This document shows positions 62,964-64,000 of a stretch of 64,000 nt of DNA, piece by piece. Source of the stretch: an uncultured delta proteobacterium. Its GTDB lineage: Bacteria > Myxococcota > Myxococcia > Myxococcales > Myxococcaceae. Position numbers and translations under genes: made by a program. The notes beneath the pieces are model-generated. The model had not been told where the DNA came from, searched no databases, and was given only the letters and a program-made list of their open reading frames with translations. The stretch is taken from positions 192,001-256,000 of the forward strand of contig CAVYSY010000038.1 in NCBI GenBank assembly GCA_963771175.1, given 5' to 3'. How positions within the stretch are numbered: the stretch's first letter is position 1; every line of letters begins with the position of its first letter.

Positions 62964-64000
62964 ATGAAATCCCTTCGTCCATCCCACCACTTAAGGCTGA
63001 TAGTCCTCTTCATTACGACCGTGCTCGCGGCCGAGGCGCTGGCGCAAGGAGTCACGGGTTCGGCGGTGACCGGAACCATCATCAACCAGGAGAGCAAACC
63101 GCTCCCCGGCGTGGTGGTGCAGATGCGCAATTCAGCCACCGGGTTGACCTTCACCGCGGTGACCGGGTCGTCGGGAAACTACCTCCTCGACAACCTCCCC
63201 CCGGGAGGACCGTACCTCCTCACGGCCTCCATTGATGGCTACTACGGGCACACCCGCACCGGCATGCAGCTCGTGCTGGGTCAGCGGCTCACCCTCGACC
63301 TGCAGTTGCAGCCCTTCGAGGCGTTCGAGGAGGAGATGGTGGTCGTGGCCCAGGAGGCCGATGCGCTCCAGGACCAGGGCCGCACCGGGCCCTCGGCGAC
63401 CATGGACGCCAAGGAGATGGGCAAGCTGCCCCTCCAGGGCCGCAATTTCACCGACCTCATCGCGACCACGCCGCAGGTGAGCGGCAACGCGATGGCCGGC
63501 CAGAACAACCGCTTCAACAACATCCAGGTCGACGGCGCGGCCTACAATGACCTCTTCGGCCTGTCTTCGTCGGGCACGCCGGGCGGCAACGCCAACGCCA
63601 AGCCCATCTCCATGGAGGCCATCCAGACCTTCGTGGTGCAGGTGTCGCCGTTCGACGTCCGCTACGGCAACTTCGCGGGCGGCATGGTGAACGCCGTCAC
63701 CAAGAGCGGCACCAACGAGTTCCACGGCTCGCTCTTCGGGTACGGGCAGGACAAGGCCCTCGCCGGCAAGCAGGACGACCCGACGTTCCTCGGCTACAGC
63801 ATCTGGCAGTTCGGCGGCAGCCTCGGCGGCCCCATCGTGAAGGACAAGGCGCACTTCTTCATCGCGACCGACATCCAGGAGCGCAACTCGGCGTTCGGCA
63901 ATCAGTACCAGATCGGTGGCGTGAACCCGGAGGACGACGCGGCCCGGGCGGGCTTCACCACGGCGGAAGCCGAGCGGTTCACCAGCATCCTCGCCGACAA
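62964..64000 (+). CDS. Oar-like TonB-dependent receptor, 3'-truncated by the window edge (absent from the ORF track)
   Basis: MKSLRPSHHLRLIVLFITTVLAAEALAQ signal; carboxypeptidase-regulatory domain; LP..GRNFTDL, NNIQVDG, PFDVRYGNF.GG..NAVTKSGTNEFHGS. Confidence 0.92.
   Translation, partial: MKSLRPSHHLRLIVLFITTVLAAEALAQGVTGSAVTGTIINQESKPLPGVVVQMRNSATGLTFTAVTGSSGNYLLDNLPPGGPYLLTASIDGYYGHTRTGMQLVLGQRLTLDLQLQPFEAFEEEMVVVAQEADALQDQGRTGPSATMDAKEMGKLPLQGRNFTDLIATTPQVSGNAMAGQNNRFNNIQVDGAAYNDLFGLSSSGTPGGNANAKPISMEAIQTFVVQVSPFDVRYGNFAGGMVNAVTKSGTNEFHGSLFGYGQDKALAGKQDDPTFLGYSIWQFGGSLGGPIVKDKAHFFIATDIQERNSAFGNQYQIGGVNPEDDAARAGFTTAEAERFTSILAD

Overview
Very GC-rich DNA (visually about 70%) whose gene content (Myxococcus-type Cys-rich repeat/HYR protein, orphan multi-GAF/PAS kinases, Rpn, Ser/Thr kinase with DUF4388, Oar-like TonB receptor) points to a myxobacterium of the Archangium/Cystobacter type (inference). 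About 55 genes or gene remnants; no rRNA, tRNA, cas genes or prophage seen. Many ordinary genes are broken by single-base indels, mostly at 26-44 kb and 50-51.5 kb, most likely sequencing/assembly errors. Most notable items: (1) a predicted membrane-spanning receptor with an exported W-repeat beta-propeller, TM helices and a cytoplasmic NACHT/STAND NTPase; (2) a five-gene Zn-ribbon / coiled-coil / Ser-Thr kinase / lidless Hsp70 / J-TPR operon divergent from a Crp regulator; (3) two ATPase+nuclease pairs (Septu-like AAA+HNH; AAA+TOPRIM-like) and an Rpn gene with an internal RBS/start; (4) a GHKL ATPase fused to an HExxH metallopeptidase motif; (5) a His/Cys-rich lipoprotein with a long GGWGN low-complexity tail; (6) two unannotated non-coding hairpin clusters (37.64-37.85 kb with an identical 14-nt loop; 55.47-55.64 kb with four ~50-bp-periodic palindromes). 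All family calls come from reading motifs by eye; no database searches were run.
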